From the NCBI GenBank assembly GCA_963802205.1, contig CAWDHW010000017.1, positions 803 to 64,802 of the forward strand: a DNA stretch of 64,000 nt, read 5' to 3'. A model generated the notes under the pieces. It made no database searches and was not told the origin of the DNA. It saw only the letters and a list, made by a program, of their open reading frames with translations. The position numbers and the translations under genes are program-made. The stretch is from an uncultured Gammaproteobacteria bacterium (lineage in GTDB: Bacteria; Pseudomonadota; Gammaproteobacteria; Chromatiales; Chromatiaceae). Within the stretch, counting starts at the first letter, position 1, and the number at the start of each line of letters is the position of its first letter. Positions 51,297 to 63,248 of this stretch are shown here, in pieces.

Positions 51297-52026
51297 CGAC
51301 CGCAGCGAGGTAGGCGAGGATGTCCCCGAGTTCCTCCGGGGTAAAGTCCTTCAGGACGTCGTCCTCGGGCTCCTCCGGATCGTGGATGCGAATCCCCGTG
51401 CGGAACTTGTCGATCTGCCGCAGCAGGTAGGGGCTGTATTGCCCGGCGAGCTGGGGGATCTGCTTTTCCGCATCGCCCCAGCCCTCCGCGCCGTGGCAAC
51501 TGCGGCACTCCTTGTTGTAGCGCTTGCGTCCGGCCTCGGTGTCGCCGGGGTGGACGGGGATCTGCACCATCCTCTGCAAGGCCATCATGCGCTCGTAGGC
51601 GTCGAAGCGGGGGTCGGTCTCCGCCATGGGCTCCAACCGGGTCGGCAGGGAGATGGCGGTGAGGTAGGCGGCGATGTCGCGGATCTCCAGGTCGCTCAAC
51701 TGGCGCTCATGGACATGCTCCAGCATCGGCAGATTGGGCCGGGTGTTCTGCTGGAAGAGCTTGACCTGCTGGTAGATGTAAGCGATCGGGAGGCCAGCGA
51801 TACGGGGGTACTGCCCCTCCTTGCCGCCCTGGCCGACGTCACCATGGCAGCCGGCGCAGACGCCGTTGATGTCCTTACCCGTGAGCAGATCCGGCTCCCC
51901 TGGTGGCAGGTCAAACCCGGCCGCCCCGAGGGGGAGACAGACCAGGGCGGCCAGCCAGGCGGCGCGGGCCGCGGGCCACGGGCGCCGGGGTATATGCCAG
52001 CAGACAGAGGCAGGATCACTGAACAT
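51289..52026 (-). CDS. Dihaem c-type cytochrome (c4-like)
   Basis: Two CxxCH motifs (CAGCHG and CRSCHG), each followed by a ...PxLAGQ/IAGL... segment. Start taken at ATG 52024-52026 (MFSDPASV...), ahead of the signal-like LAALVCLPLGAAG. Overlaps the pentapeptide gene start. Confidence 0.8.
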   Translation of the reverse strand: MFSDPASVCWHIPRRPWPAARAAWLAALVCLPLGAAGFDLPPGEPDLLTGKDINGVCAGCHGDVGQGGKEGQYPRIAGLPIAYIYQQVKLFQQNTRPNLPMLEHVHERQLSDLEIRDIAAYLTAISLPTRLEPMAETDPRFDAYERMMALQRMVQIPVHPGDTEAGRKRYNKECRSCHGAEGWGDAEKQIPQLAGQYSPYLLRQIDKFRTGIRIHDPEEPEDDVLKDFTPEELGDILAYLAAVDD

Positions 52027-52076
52027 TTTGGCTCCCACCCGACGGGGCAGTCGGGTGACCGAAGCGATTGGGCTGA

Positions 52077-54110
<2,034 letters not shown>

Positions 54111-54174
54111 AGCCTCTGCCGGGGCTGGCCCTGTGGGCACAGCCCCGGCATGGTTGCCTAACTCGGAGCCTTCT

Positions 54175-54525
54175 ATGTCTTGGATGCGGATGGCCTTGTT
54201 GGGGTTGATCCCCTTGCTGGTCTTTACCGCCGTGGGTTCGGCCCTGGCCCAAGGCACCGGGCCAGGGCAGGTCAGTCCGGAACGACAAGCCGAGTTGCGC
54301 AACCTGCTGGTGCAGGACTGCGGCTCTTGTCACGGCCTGACCCTGCGCGGTGGGCTCGGGCCCGCCCTGCTCCCGTCCGATCTCGTCGGCAAGCCGCCTG
54401 CCTATCTGCAGGCAACCATTCTCTACGGTCGTCCCGGGACCCCTATGCCCCCCTGGCGGCCCTTTTTGAGCGACGCGGACTCGGCCTGGCTGGCCGAGAC
54501 CCTGCTACAGGGTTTGAACCCATGA
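54175..54525 (+). CDS. nirC: Monohaem cytochrome c55X (NirC)
   Basis: ATG 54175. Signal peptide, CGSCHG, and a MPPW region carrying the Met ligand. Located between nirS and nirF. Confidence 0.8.
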   Translation: MSWMRMALLGLIPLLVFTAVGSALAQGTGPGQVSPERQAELRNLLVQDCGSCHGLTLRGGLGPALLPSDLVGKPPAYLQATILYGRPGTPMPPWRPFLSDADSAWLAETLLQGLNP

Positions 54526-55706
54526 GTACACGACTGCTGGTCTGTCTGCTTGCCTTGAGCTCCGCTGCGGTCTGGGCCGCCGAGCCCCTGCGCGGGACCG
54601 GCGATCTCGGCCTTGTGGTCGAGCGCGCCCGCGGCAGCGTGCAAGTCATCGAGACCAGCACCGACACGGCCTTAGGAAGGGTTGAGGGGCTGGGCGACCT
54701 GTCCCACGCCTCCGCCGTCTTCTCCCGCGACGGGCGATATGCTTATGTCTTTGGCCGCGATGGCGGTCTGTCCAAGGTGGATCTGCTCACCCGCACCCTG
54801 GCCGGCAGGGTGGTGCAGGGCGGCAACAGTATCGGTGGGGCCATCTCCCAGGACGGGCGCCTGGTGGCTGTTTCCAACTACGAGCCGGGCGGGGTGCGCG
54901 TCTTCGATGCCGCGACTCTGGCACAGGTGGCGGACATCCCGGCGACCATTACAGATGGCCCCGATGGGAGCAAGGCGTCCAAGGTCATAGGCCTGGTGGA
55001 CGCCCCCGGGCAGCGCTTCGTATTCAGCCTGTGGGACTCAGGCGAGATCTGGGTCGCGGACCTGACCGATCCGACCAAGCCCCAGGTCCGTCGCTTCAAG
55101 GACATCGGCCGCCAGCCTTACGACGCCCTCATCACCCCCGATGGGCGCTACTACATCGCCGGGCTCTTCGGCGAGGACGGCATGGCCTTGCTCGACCTCT
55201 GGGACCTGGACGCCGGGGTGCGACGCATCCTCCCCAAGTACGGTCAGGGCAGCGAAAGGCTCCCCGTCTACAAGATGCCGCACCTGGACGGCTGGGCCAT
55301 CGCCGGGGACCGTGCCTTCGTACCCGCCGTCGGGGCTCATCAGGTCCTGGTCATCGACACCAACACCTGGGCCGAGGTTGGACGGATCGAGGTCTTGGGC
55401 CAGCCGGTCTTCGTCCGGGTTCGCCCCGACGGGCGCCAGGTATGGGTCAACTTCGCCCTGCCGGACAACGGCTCTGTCCAGGTGATCGATACCAAGGACC
55501 TCAAGATCGTTCAGACCCTGACCCCTGGGCCCGGGGTCCTGCACATGGAGTTCGAGCCCAAGGGCGAGGCGGTCTGGGTCTCGGTACGCGATGCCGACCG
55601 GGTGGATGTGTACGACACCGCGACCTTCGCCCGTACCGCGACCCTGCCGGCGGACAAGCCGAGCGGGATCTTCCTCACCGACCGCGCCAACCGGATCGGG
55701 CTATGA
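54522..55706 (+). CDS. nirF: Haem d1 biosynthesis protein NirF
   Basis: Signal peptide and a cd1-like beta-propeller without a haem c domain. Has the repeated ..DGRY/DGR.. blade pattern. ATGA-type coupling to nirC and nirD. Confidence 0.9.
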   Translation: MSTRLLVCLLALSSAAVWAAEPLRGTGDLGLVVERARGSVQVIETSTDTALGRVEGLGDLSHASAVFSRDGRYAYVFGRDGGLSKVDLLTRTLAGRVVQGGNSIGGAISQDGRLVAVSNYEPGGVRVFDAATLAQVADIPATITDGPDGSKASKVIGLVDAPGQRFVFSLWDSGEIWVADLTDPTKPQVRRFKDIGRQPYDALITPDGRYYIAGLFGEDGMALLDLWDLDAGVRRILPKYGQGSERLPVYKMPHLDGWAIAGDRAFVPAVGAHQVLVIDTNTWAEVGRIEVLGQPVFVRVRPDGRQVWVNFALPDNGSVQVIDTKDLKIVQTLTPGPGVLHMEFEPKGEAVWVSVRDADRVDVYDTATFARTATLPADKPSGIFLTDRANRIGL

Positions 55707-56173
55707 ACAGCGAGTCCTTGTTGCTGGACGCCATCGACCGGCGGCTGCTCAACGACTTCCAGCAGGGGTTTCCGCTGTCCGCGCGGCCCTATGCCGAGGT
55801 CGGGGCCAGCTTGGGGATCGGCGAGGCCGAAGTCCTGGCCCGCTTGACGCGCCTGCGCGCCGCCGGCGCCGTGAGCCGGGTCGGCCCCGTGCTGGCACCT
55901 AAGCGGGTCGGGGTCAGCACCCTTGCCGCCATGGCGGTGCCCCCCGGGCGCCTGGAGGCGGTGGCCGAACTGGTCAGCGCCTATCCGGAGGTCAATCACA
56001 ACTACGAGCGTAGCCACAGGGTCAACCTGTGGTTCGTACTCACCGCGCCGAACACGGCCCGCCTCAACGAGGTCCTGGCCGAGATCGCCCTGTACACAGG
56101 CATCGAGGTCCTGGACCTGCCGATGCTAGAGGAATACCACATTGACCTGGGGTTCCCACTGACATGGTCATGA
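55703..56173 (+). CDS. nirD: Siroheme decarboxylase subunit NirD (AsnC/Lrp-like)
   Basis: LDAIDRRLLNDFQQGFPLSARPYAEVGASLGIGEAEVLARLTRLRAAGAVSRVGPV...NHNYER. Confidence 0.8.
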   Translation: MNSESLLLDAIDRRLLNDFQQGFPLSARPYAEVGASLGIGEAEVLARLTRLRAAGAVSRVGPVLAPKRVGVSTLAAMAVPPGRLEAVAELVSAYPEVNHNYERSHRVNLWFVLTAPNTARLNEVLAEIALYTGIEVLDLPMLEEYHIDLGFPLTWS

Positions 56174-56784
56174 GCCACCCAATGCCTCCGGATGCCGTGG
56201 ACGCGGCCCTCCTGAACGCCATCGCCGGGGGTCTGCCTCTGGACCCCCGGCCCTACGCGGCGGTTGGGCGTCAGCTTGGCATGACCGAGGCCGAGGTCTG
56301 CGAGCGCTTGGGCCGGCTCCTGGCCGACGGGACCATCCGCCGTCTTGGGGTGGTGGTGCGCCATCAGGAGCTGGGCTACAGGGCCAACGCCATGGTGGTC
56401 TGGGCCCTGCCGGAGGAGCGGGTGACGGAGCTAGGGGAACGCATTGGCGGCTTGCCCTTCGTGACCTTGAGCTACCGACGGCCGCCGCGTTCAGGCTGGC
56501 CATATAACCTCTTCACGATGATCCACGGGCGCGACCGTGCCGCCGTTCTGGCCCAGGTGGACCGCATCAAGGAATTGTGTGGTCTCATGGCCGTGGACAG
56601 CGCCGTGCTCTTCAGCGGGCGTCGCTTCAAGCAGCGCGGGGCGCGCTACGGCGGGGCCCCCGCCGGGTCCGCGGAGGCCTTCGCCCCCAAACCTGATGCG
56701 CCTGCCGCACCAAGGCCGGCCTCGGTCGGGGCCATGTCCACTACGTCGTGCCGGCGCGACCTGCGCACCGATCTTTGCCCCTGA
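56164..56784 (+). CDS. nirL: Siroheme decarboxylase subunit NirL-like (AsnC/Lrp-like), with an unusual Ala/Pro-rich tail
   Basis: AVDAALLNAIAGGLPLDPRPYAAVGRQLGMTEAEVCERLGRLLADGTIRRLGVVV...VTLSYRR...NLFTMIHG. After FKQRGARY come about 45 non-conserved residues. Assignment as L rather than G or H rests on gene order only. Confidence 0.7.
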   Translation: MVMSHPMPPDAVDAALLNAIAGGLPLDPRPYAAVGRQLGMTEAEVCERLGRLLADGTIRRLGVVVRHQELGYRANAMVVWALPEERVTELGERIGGLPFVTLSYRRPPRSGWPYNLFTMIHGRDRAAVLAQVDRIKELCGLMAVDSAVLFSGRRFKQRGARYGGAPAGSAEAFAPKPDAPAAPRPASVGAMSTTSCRRDLRTDLCP

Positions 56785-57109
56785 TGGGGATGGTTTGTTG
56801 CCCTTTCCCTCAGCCGGGGGATGGTGCGCCTGCGGTTGGGTGACCTTCCCAACACCGTCGCTTTGATGCGTCGGCCACTCCAGCGCACCAGTCCCGCCAC
56901 TGGCCAGCCACGCCGGGCGCAAGGCCCAGGCCCCTCGGTCGCGGACGTCAGCCTACATCTCCTCCCAAGCCTCCGACCGGAGAAACAGAATCCGCGGTTC
57001 GCCGATCCCGATAGAATTGTCGGCAAGCGCCGAGGGTCCAGTCGCGTTTGGCATCCTGTCGCCGAACCGGTCCCTCGCCATCCGAGCCAACATCCACGGG
57101 AGCCGCAAC

Positions 57110-57910
57110 ATGAGCCTACTCCGGACGAGCCTTTTGGTGACCGCCGCTGTGGCGATCATCGTGACCACCGTCGTTCTGATGTCGCCGCGGGAGGAACCGC
57201 CGGTACCGGCGGCCCCCGGGGAGATGGCCAAAGAAGGGGGTGCCAAGGCACTGCCAGAAAAGGGCGCGGCGCCCGTCGCCTCAGCGGGGCACGAGAATAA
57301 GTCGGCACCCTCGACGACGGCGAAGGCAGTCCCGCCGCACCAGCTCCCGGCGCCGTCGGATCTCCCACCCCCGGCAGGACAAGCCAATGTTCCAGCTACG
57401 GGCCCTGCGGCTGGCGCCGGCCAGTCGGGAGGGTCGGCCCCACGTGAGACTGCCGCAGCGACGGATGCACCCGGTCCGGTGGGACAAAACTATGTGGTCA
57501 AGCGCGGCGACACACCGGCCAGCATCGCACGAGAGCACCTGGGCGACGCCTCGCGCTGGACTGAGATCGCGCGCGTCAACCCCGGGTTGGAGGCCAAGGC
57601 CCTCAAGATCGGTCAGACCCTGAGGCTTCCGGAGGGCGTCGCCGCCCAAGCCGCGGGGGCGCCGGTTGCGACGACGGCCAAGAAGCCAACCGCGGCTCCC
57701 GGGGTGCCGGCGGCACCCGGCGAACCGTTGGCCGTCCACCGTGTCGGCCCGGGTGACACCCTGTACAAGCTGGCGCGCAAGTACTACGGCGATTCGAGCC
57801 ATTGGAAGCTGATCCAGGACGCCAATCCCACCGTGGTGGGTGGCGGCGTGAGTGCCATGCGTCTGGGCTCCGAATTGATCATTCCCGCCCCACCGGGCGC
57901 GGGTCGTTGA
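57110..57910 (+). CDS. LysM-domain peptidoglycan-binding protein
   Basis: ATG 57110. TM anchor, a Pro/Ala-rich linker and two LysM repeats (YVVKRGDTPASIAREHLGD..RWTEIARVNP and HRVGPGDTLYKLARKYYGDSSHWKLIQDANP). Confidence 0.8.
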   Translation: MSLLRTSLLVTAAVAIIVTTVVLMSPREEPPVPAAPGEMAKEGGAKALPEKGAAPVASAGHENKSAPSTTAKAVPPHQLPAPSDLPPPAGQANVPATGPAAGAGQSGGSAPRETAAATDAPGPVGQNYVVKRGDTPASIAREHLGDASRWTEIARVNPGLEAKALKIGQTLRLPEGVAAQAAGAPVATTAKKPTAAPGVPAAPGEPLAVHRVGPGDTLYKLARKYYGDSSHWKLIQDANPTVVGGGVSAMRLGSELIIPAPPGAGR

Positions 57911-57999
57911 CCCAGCCCAGGCCCTGTCCCTCCAGCGCGCCTGCGGTCACCGTGCCCCGGGCTCCGCGATCTGTCCTGTCTCGGCTATCGGAGGCCGCC

Positions 58000-58590
58000 A
58001 TGTCCCCGTCCACTGTCCTGAAGCGCGATGCCCGGTACACTTGGGCGGATTACCGATCCTGGCCCGAGGATGAGCGTTGGGAGCTGATCGATGGGGTCGC
58101 CTATAGCATGTCGGCGGCGCCTTCGATTCGACACCAGGATGTTGTTCTTGGCCTCTCGAGCCGGCTCGAAATGCAGCTTAGGGGAAGACCCTGTCGGCCC
58201 TTCATCGCACCAACGGCCGTCAAACTGTCCGAGCACGACGTGGTTGAGCCGGACATCCTGGTGGTGTGTGACCCGTGCAAGATCACGCCGAGCCACATCG
58301 AGGGGCCTCCTGAACTGATCGTCGAGGTTCTCTCCCCCGGGACCTCGGCCAAGGACCTGCGCCCGAAGAAGGCCCTCTACGAGCGCGCTGGGGTATCCGA
58401 GTACCTGGTGGTCGATCCGCTGGAGCATTACGCCATCCGCTTTCTGCTCGGCGCCGACGGCTACGACAAGGGCACCGTCTTTGCCTGCGACGAGGTCCTG
58501 ACCTTCGCCACCCTGGCCGATGTCGAGGTCCCGCTGTGGGAGGTCTTCGGCCTCCCGGGGCCGGTGGAGCCAGATCCCGCCGCCGCGTGA
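58000..58590 (+). CDS. Uma2-family (DUF820) restriction-endonuclease-fold protein
   Basis: ATG 58000. WELIDGVAY.MSAAPSIRHQ...EPDILVV...PELIVEVLSPGT...D...K...Y...GV.EYLVVDP carries the PD-(D/E)xK pattern of Uma2. Confidence 0.85.
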   Translation: MSPSTVLKRDARYTWADYRSWPEDERWELIDGVAYSMSAAPSIRHQDVVLGLSSRLEMQLRGRPCRPFIAPTAVKLSEHDVVEPDILVVCDPCKITPSHIEGPPELIVEVLSPGTSAKDLRPKKALYERAGVSEYLVVDPLEHYAIRFLLGADGYDKGTVFACDEVLTFATLADVEVPLWEVFGLPGPVEPDPAAA

Positions 58591-58594
58591 CGGG

Positions 58595-58618
58595 TGTAGG
58601 TCGGGCTTCAGCCCGACC
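58595..58618. repeat. REP-like palindromic element
   Basis: tgtaggtcgggcttcagcccgacc sits 5 nt after the Uma2 stop. It belongs to the same family as the 50311-50386 pair. Confidence 0.6.
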
Positions 58619-58840
58619 GGGACTCTGACCACGCCACGCCCTCTCCCCAAGTCCTCCGAAGCGTCGTCCCTGCCGGGATGGCGGGACTTGAGGCTAGGGA
58701 TGGCAATGCCGCCCTATGCACCCGCTCGCAGAACCAGGTCCACCGCCCCGAATCCGACACGGCCGGCCGGGCCCTCGCGTCTCTGCTGCACCCGGATGTG
58801 CTAACCTTTGTCATCCGAACCGTCATACGAAGTGCGATAC

Positions 58841-59158
58841 ATGGGTGCTATCAGCCTGCGCCTACCGGACGACCTGGAACGTAAACTGGCCACCGAGGCC
58901 GAACTGGCCGGACGACCACGCTCCGAAGTGATCCGCGATGCCCTCGCCCAGTTCATTGCCCAGCGGGAGCGGGCGCGGTTCATCGCGGAGTTGGCCGCCG
59001 AGGCCAGGGTCGGATATGGCGATCCTGAATTGCGCCGTGAGGCCCTCGATATGGCGGAAGAGGCCGTGGCCTTGGGCAACGAGGCCCTCGATCTGGCGGA
59101 GGGCCGGAAGCCTGGCGAGTCCTGGCCCGAGGAACTTGGCGAGAAGTGGTGGAAGTGA
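58841..59158 (+). CDS. Ribbon-helix-helix (CopG-type) antitoxin
   Basis: ATG 58841. MGAISLRLPDDLERKLATEAELAGRPRSEVIRDALAQFI is an RHH fold motif. The stop overlaps the toxin start (ATGA at 59156-59160). Confidence 0.75.
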   Translation: MGAISLRLPDDLERKLATEAELAGRPRSEVIRDALAQFIAQRERARFIAELAAEARVGYGDPELRREALDMAEEAVALGNEALDLAEGRKPGESWPEELGEKWWK

Positions 59159-59499
59159 TGCGCCGAGGCGAGGTCTGGGTCGCCAACCTGAACCCACCTC
59201 GGGGGCGCGAGATCGGCAAGGTGCGACCGGTGGTGGTCATGCAGAGTGATGATTTGGATGCCGCTGTGACGCCCATGGTGGTCTGCCTGCCGCTGACCAC
59301 CCAGGTCTACTCAGGCTTCTCGCGCTGGCGGGTGACGCTGGCGGCCCGCGACCGTTTGCTCAAGCCCTGCCAGGTGGTGACCGACCAGCCCCGAACCCTG
59401 GACCGCGCCCGTTTCGGTGAGGGGCCCCTGACGACTCTGACGACGGATGAGTTGGCAGCGGTTGAGCTCAGCCTCAAGGCGGTGCTGGGGATGTGGTGA
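59158..59499 (+). CDS. mazF: PemK/MazF-family type II toxin (mRNA interferase)
   Basis: MRRGEVWVANLNPPRGREIGKVRPVVVMQSD...VVCLPLTT...VVTDQPRTLDRARF matches the MazF/PemK SH3-like fold pattern. Confidence 0.85.
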   Translation: MRRGEVWVANLNPPRGREIGKVRPVVVMQSDDLDAAVTPMVVCLPLTTQVYSGFSRWRVTLAARDRLLKPCQVVTDQPRTLDRARFGEGPLTTLTTDELAAVELSLKAVLGMW

Positions 59500-59802
59500 T
59501 CCTGGGACCGTGGGCTCCCCGCCCGCCGCGCAGCCTGGCGCCCGCCCTGGCATGGGGATGCGTCTTCCGATCTGGCGAGCGGCCTTTTGCGCTTGGGTAT
59601 CCCCGGCTCCAGCGCAGGGCGTTGCGATGACTGCCCGAAATGGGTCTACAGCAGGATACCCCGGTGTTGTCGCTCACGTTACTCCGCCAGCTTTTCCCAG
59701 AATAATCCGCGCCGGATCTGCCGGATTCCGCCACCGCTGTTGTCGAGGCTTGTGAGCCTTGACTATGCCAACACCCCTTGGGTCCTCGTTACGGCAGCAA
59801 CC

Positions 59803-59841
59803 GGCCATTATGTGTCGCCCCCAGTTATGTGTAGTACCCGG
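59803..59841. repeat. RIT left terminal inverted repeat
   Basis: GGCCATTATGTGTCGCCCCCAGTTATGTGTAGTACCCGG contains the subrepeat TTATGTG twice. Confidence 0.8.
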
Positions 59842-59900
59842 TCGCGACCGCGCATGCCGCCTGGAAGGCGAGCCTGCGATGCGGGCGCGACTCTCCATAA

Positions 59901-60920
59901 TCAGAGCGTCTTGAGGAACTGCAGCAACGCATCGGGAGCTTGGTACCGGGGCGTCTGCGCGTCGGGCTCCTGGAGTCGCGCAAGGGCGCTTTCCTTCATC
60001 GCCAGGTCCGCCTCGACGTACATGTGCGTAGTCGAGGGGCTTTCATGCCCGAGCCACAAAGCGATGACGCTAATGTCCACTCCCGCCTGCAGCAGGTGCA
60101 TCGCGGTCGTATGCCTGATGCAATGGGGAGAGATCTGGCGTTTGGCTAGACCAGCATGCTGCGTCGCGGCCGTCTGTACGGCCAGGGTCAGTCGCTTGGT
60201 CACATTGGATCGGGTCATCGCGTGACCATCGCGGTTCGGCAGCAATGCGCAACTGGCGACCAGCTGGGGATTTATCCGCAGCCAACCACGGATTTCCTGC
60301 ACCGTTGATCGCCACAGCGGCACCGCACGCTGCTTGCGTCCCTTGCCGTGTAGGCGAAGACAGGCGGGCATCATCCAGCACCACATCCGCCACGGTCACG
60401 GCGGTGATCTCCGAGACGCGCGCACCGGTGTTGTAGAGCAAGACCCAGAGGAGATGATCGCGCTGGCTGACCCAGGTATGGCCCGGCGCGCCGATCACCG
60501 CCAACATTTCCTCACGCGACAGAAACCCGAGCATGGGTGGCTCGAAGCGCTTCATCGGGATCCCGAGTGCCTGCTCGATGCTGTGCAGGGAGGACAGATC
60601 GCGATGGGAGGCGAACTTCAGGAAGGCCCGCAGGGCGGCCAGCCGCGCGTTGCGGCTGCGTACCGTGTTGTGCCGTTCCAGTTCCAAGTGATCCAGGAAC
60701 GCCAGGACCAATTCCTCCGTGAAGTCTGCCATCGCCATCTTCGGCCGGCGCTTTGGCCAAGTGCGCCTCGGCAAAGGCCAGGAACAGCATGAATGCGTCT
60801 CGGTAGGACGCCACCGTCCGCGGGCTGAGCGCACGCTGCGCAATGAGATACTCGGTGAGAACGCCTGCACCAGGGCGCAGAACGAGGGGGCGGAGGGTAG
60901 GGCTCGTGCGGTGTTATCAT
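59901..60920 (-). pseudogene. Tyrosine recombinase RitC-like, about 4 frame changes
   Basis: Conserved pieces sit in three frames: ALPSAPSFCALVQAF / LTEYLIAQRALSPRTVASYRDAFMLFLAF / FTEELVLAFLDHLELERHNTVRSRNARLAALRAFL...YNTGARVSEI. The C-terminal piece is LRLHGKGRKQRAVPLW...HCIRHTTAMHLLQAGVDISVIALWLGHESPSTTHMYV. The catalytic R..H-x-x-R..Y is recognisable. Confidence 0.7.
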
Positions 60921-61888
60921 TTTGCACCTCCCGCCCCAAAGCAAACTGCTCAAACTGGCCGGCGGCCACCGTCATGAGTTCGGGGACAGCGGTGAGGTAC
61001 CAATAGGTATTGGAGATCTTGACGTGCCCCATGTAGGTGGACAGCGCCAGCATCGCCTGATCAACCGTGGTTCCTTGCGTCTGCCAGAGCAGTACGCGCC
61101 GGACGGCGAAGGTATGACGCAAGTCGTGGATACGTGGTTGATCATGACCACCGCGACTGACCCACCCCAAGCGCTGGCGTAGCGCCACGAACACGCGCGC
61201 GACTTGCCGCAGGCTCAGCCCCGTACCCTTGCTGGAGACGAAGAACGGCATCTCGGGCGTGACCGCGACGTGGAGATTGCGCTGGTGTCGATAACACCGC
61301 AATGCGTCGAGCGTACTCGGCTGCAAGGGCAGTTGCCGCGATTTGGCGGATTTCGTCCGGCGAATCGTCAGCAGACCGAGTTTGAGGTCGAACGTCGGTC
61401 TCCAGCAGATGGACCGCCTCGGAGACGCGCAGTCCGGCCGCGGCGATGAGCCCAAACAGGGTTTCGTAGGTCGCTGGACGCAGGCCCCAGGGCGGCCCGA
61501 GGGCCCGTGCCGCCGCCAGCAGGTCCACAATCTCCTGCTCGCGATAGATGTGCGGCGTCAGCCGTTCTTGGATGGGGCCGAAGACCGACTCGTCCGGCAC
61601 TTCGGTGCGCGGCTCGAAACTGCGCGGATAGCGGGTGAACGGCCGCAGCAACTTCAGCCGGCGCGCCCAGGTGGTCGGGTCGTCCCGCGCCCATTTATCT
61701 TGCCGCGCCCACTGTGCCATGAGCGCCACGGTCAGCGGTCCGTGATCGTCCACCGTGTCGACATAGCGGGCGAAGTTCATCAGGGTGCGCCCGCTGGCGA
61801 TCAGTTCGAAACCCAGGCGGCGCCGCACGCTCAGCGAGGAAATTGCTGACCATCGCCTGGGCGAGTACATCGTGGCGGAGGTGTTCAT
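60917..61888 (-). pseudogene. Tyrosine recombinase RitB-like, about 2 frame changes
   Basis: The N-terminus is in ORF 61142..61888 (...GLRVSEAVHLLETDV). The catalytic part is in ORF 60070..61530 (LKLGLLTIRRTKSAKSRQLPL...IHDLRHTFAVRRV...LSTYMGHVKISNTYWYL). The natural TGA (60917-60919) is reached only in a third frame. Confidence 0.7.
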
Positions 61889-63132
61889 GTCGCACTCCCG
61901 GGCCAGGGCAGCGCGACGGCACCCAGGCGGTGGCTGTCGACCTTGGCGTAGATCAGTGCCGTGTTGAGTGATCGGTGCCGCAAGACATCTGCTATCTCCT
62001 TGATTGAGCTTCCTGATTCAACCAAATGACGAGCCAGCGCATGGCGTAGCGCATGACTGCGCCCATGGGTGAGACCGATGCGCCGGTAGGCATCGCGGAT
62101 GAGCCGGCGGACCGCGTCCGGACCGATGGGCATATCATGCGGCGCCAAGCGACGGACGAAGACCGCCGGGTTGGCGCTCGTCGGACGCTCATCGCGCAAA
62201 TACGCGGCGAGCGCCTCGCCGGTGGCGGGCGGCAACGGCAAGATGTCTTCGCGGCGCGACTTGGTGTGCCGCAACCGGAGCGTGCCGGCCTGCCAATCGA
62301 TATCGGCCAGCGCCAGCTGGGCGATTTCGCTGGCGCGCAATCCCAAGTCGAGCGCGCGACGGACCATGGCGTAGCCACGTCGGGGCGAGCGCAGATCTGG
62401 GGTGAACGAGGCCAGCAACCGCGCGATCTCCTCATCCGAGAGGGAGCGCGGCAGCGAGGCCAAGCCCCAGTGGGCCGGGGAGGCGACCACGCCAACGAGC
62501 GCGCCGACCTGATCCCCGCACGTGGCCCGGTACCGCAAGTAGGCGCGTAGCGCCGAGGTCACCGCGCTGGCATGGGCGGCGCTACCGGCGACGTTCCAAC
62601 TCACTGGCGAGAAATTGACGCACATCCGCTGGCTGCAGCCTGGAGATCACCACCGGCTGGTCGACGAAATGCGCCTCCAGTAGACACCGCACGACACGTA
62701 CGCGATCCTGGCGCGTCCCCTCGGCCAAGCCTCGCACACGGTGCATGTAGTCATCGAAACCGCAGAGTTCTGCTTCGATCGGCCCGGTCTTGGTCGCCGG
62801 CTCTGCAATGACGCCCTGTTCGCGCAGAACGCGAGCAGCAGCGCACAGCTTGCGTTGAGCTGGCACCGGTCAGGGGAGACCGGCTCCGGGTAGTTGCAAC
62901 GGTATTCGTCGAGGAGGCGGCAGACAACGCGTTCGTCCAGTTCCGCAATCGTGCACCGACTCTCGCTCATCCACTGCGCAAAGTGTGCGAGGCTCGACAG
63001 ATGTCTGCGGCGGGTTGTTGCCGCGTAACCGCCGGCCTTCAGACGGTCGGCGTACGCATCGATGTAAGGGGCAAGCTGGCTGTCGAGCAGCCAACTCTTG
63101 AGGACAGGCGATAGGGTGAGGATCGGGTCCAT
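61885..63132 (-). pseudogene. Tyrosine recombinase RitA-like, 2 frame changes
   Basis: The N-terminus MDPILTLSPVLKSWLL...LDEYRCNYPEPVSP is in ORF 62647..63174. The middle GVIAEPATKTGPIEAELCGFDDYMHRVRGLAEGTRQDRVRVVRCLL is in ORF 62582..62866. The catalytic C-terminus GLRASEIAQL...LRLRHTKSRREDILPL...SHALRHALARHL...LRHRSLNTALIYAKV is in ORF 61885..62625. Confidence 0.7.
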
Positions 63133-63248
63133 AGCAGTCTCCGCAGGTGGGTTGTCCACCAAAGAAGACCGCACGAATTATGGATAGCTCAGTGCCTGCC
63201 TCCATCCTTGAAGCCCTCGATCTAGCTGGCTCTATCCCTCCTCAGGAC

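Noticed and set aside
56650-57109. Hidden nirG/nirH remnant after nirL.
   Set aside because: All three forward frames were read. None shows the AsnC-like HTH pattern (..LD..DR.LL..LQ.G.P..) seen in nirD and nirL.
59587-60225. 212-aa plus-strand ORF crossing the RIT left inverted repeat.
   Set aside because: It runs antisense to ritC across the IR, has no homology signal and is Cys/Arg/Ser-rich, so it is a shadow ORF.
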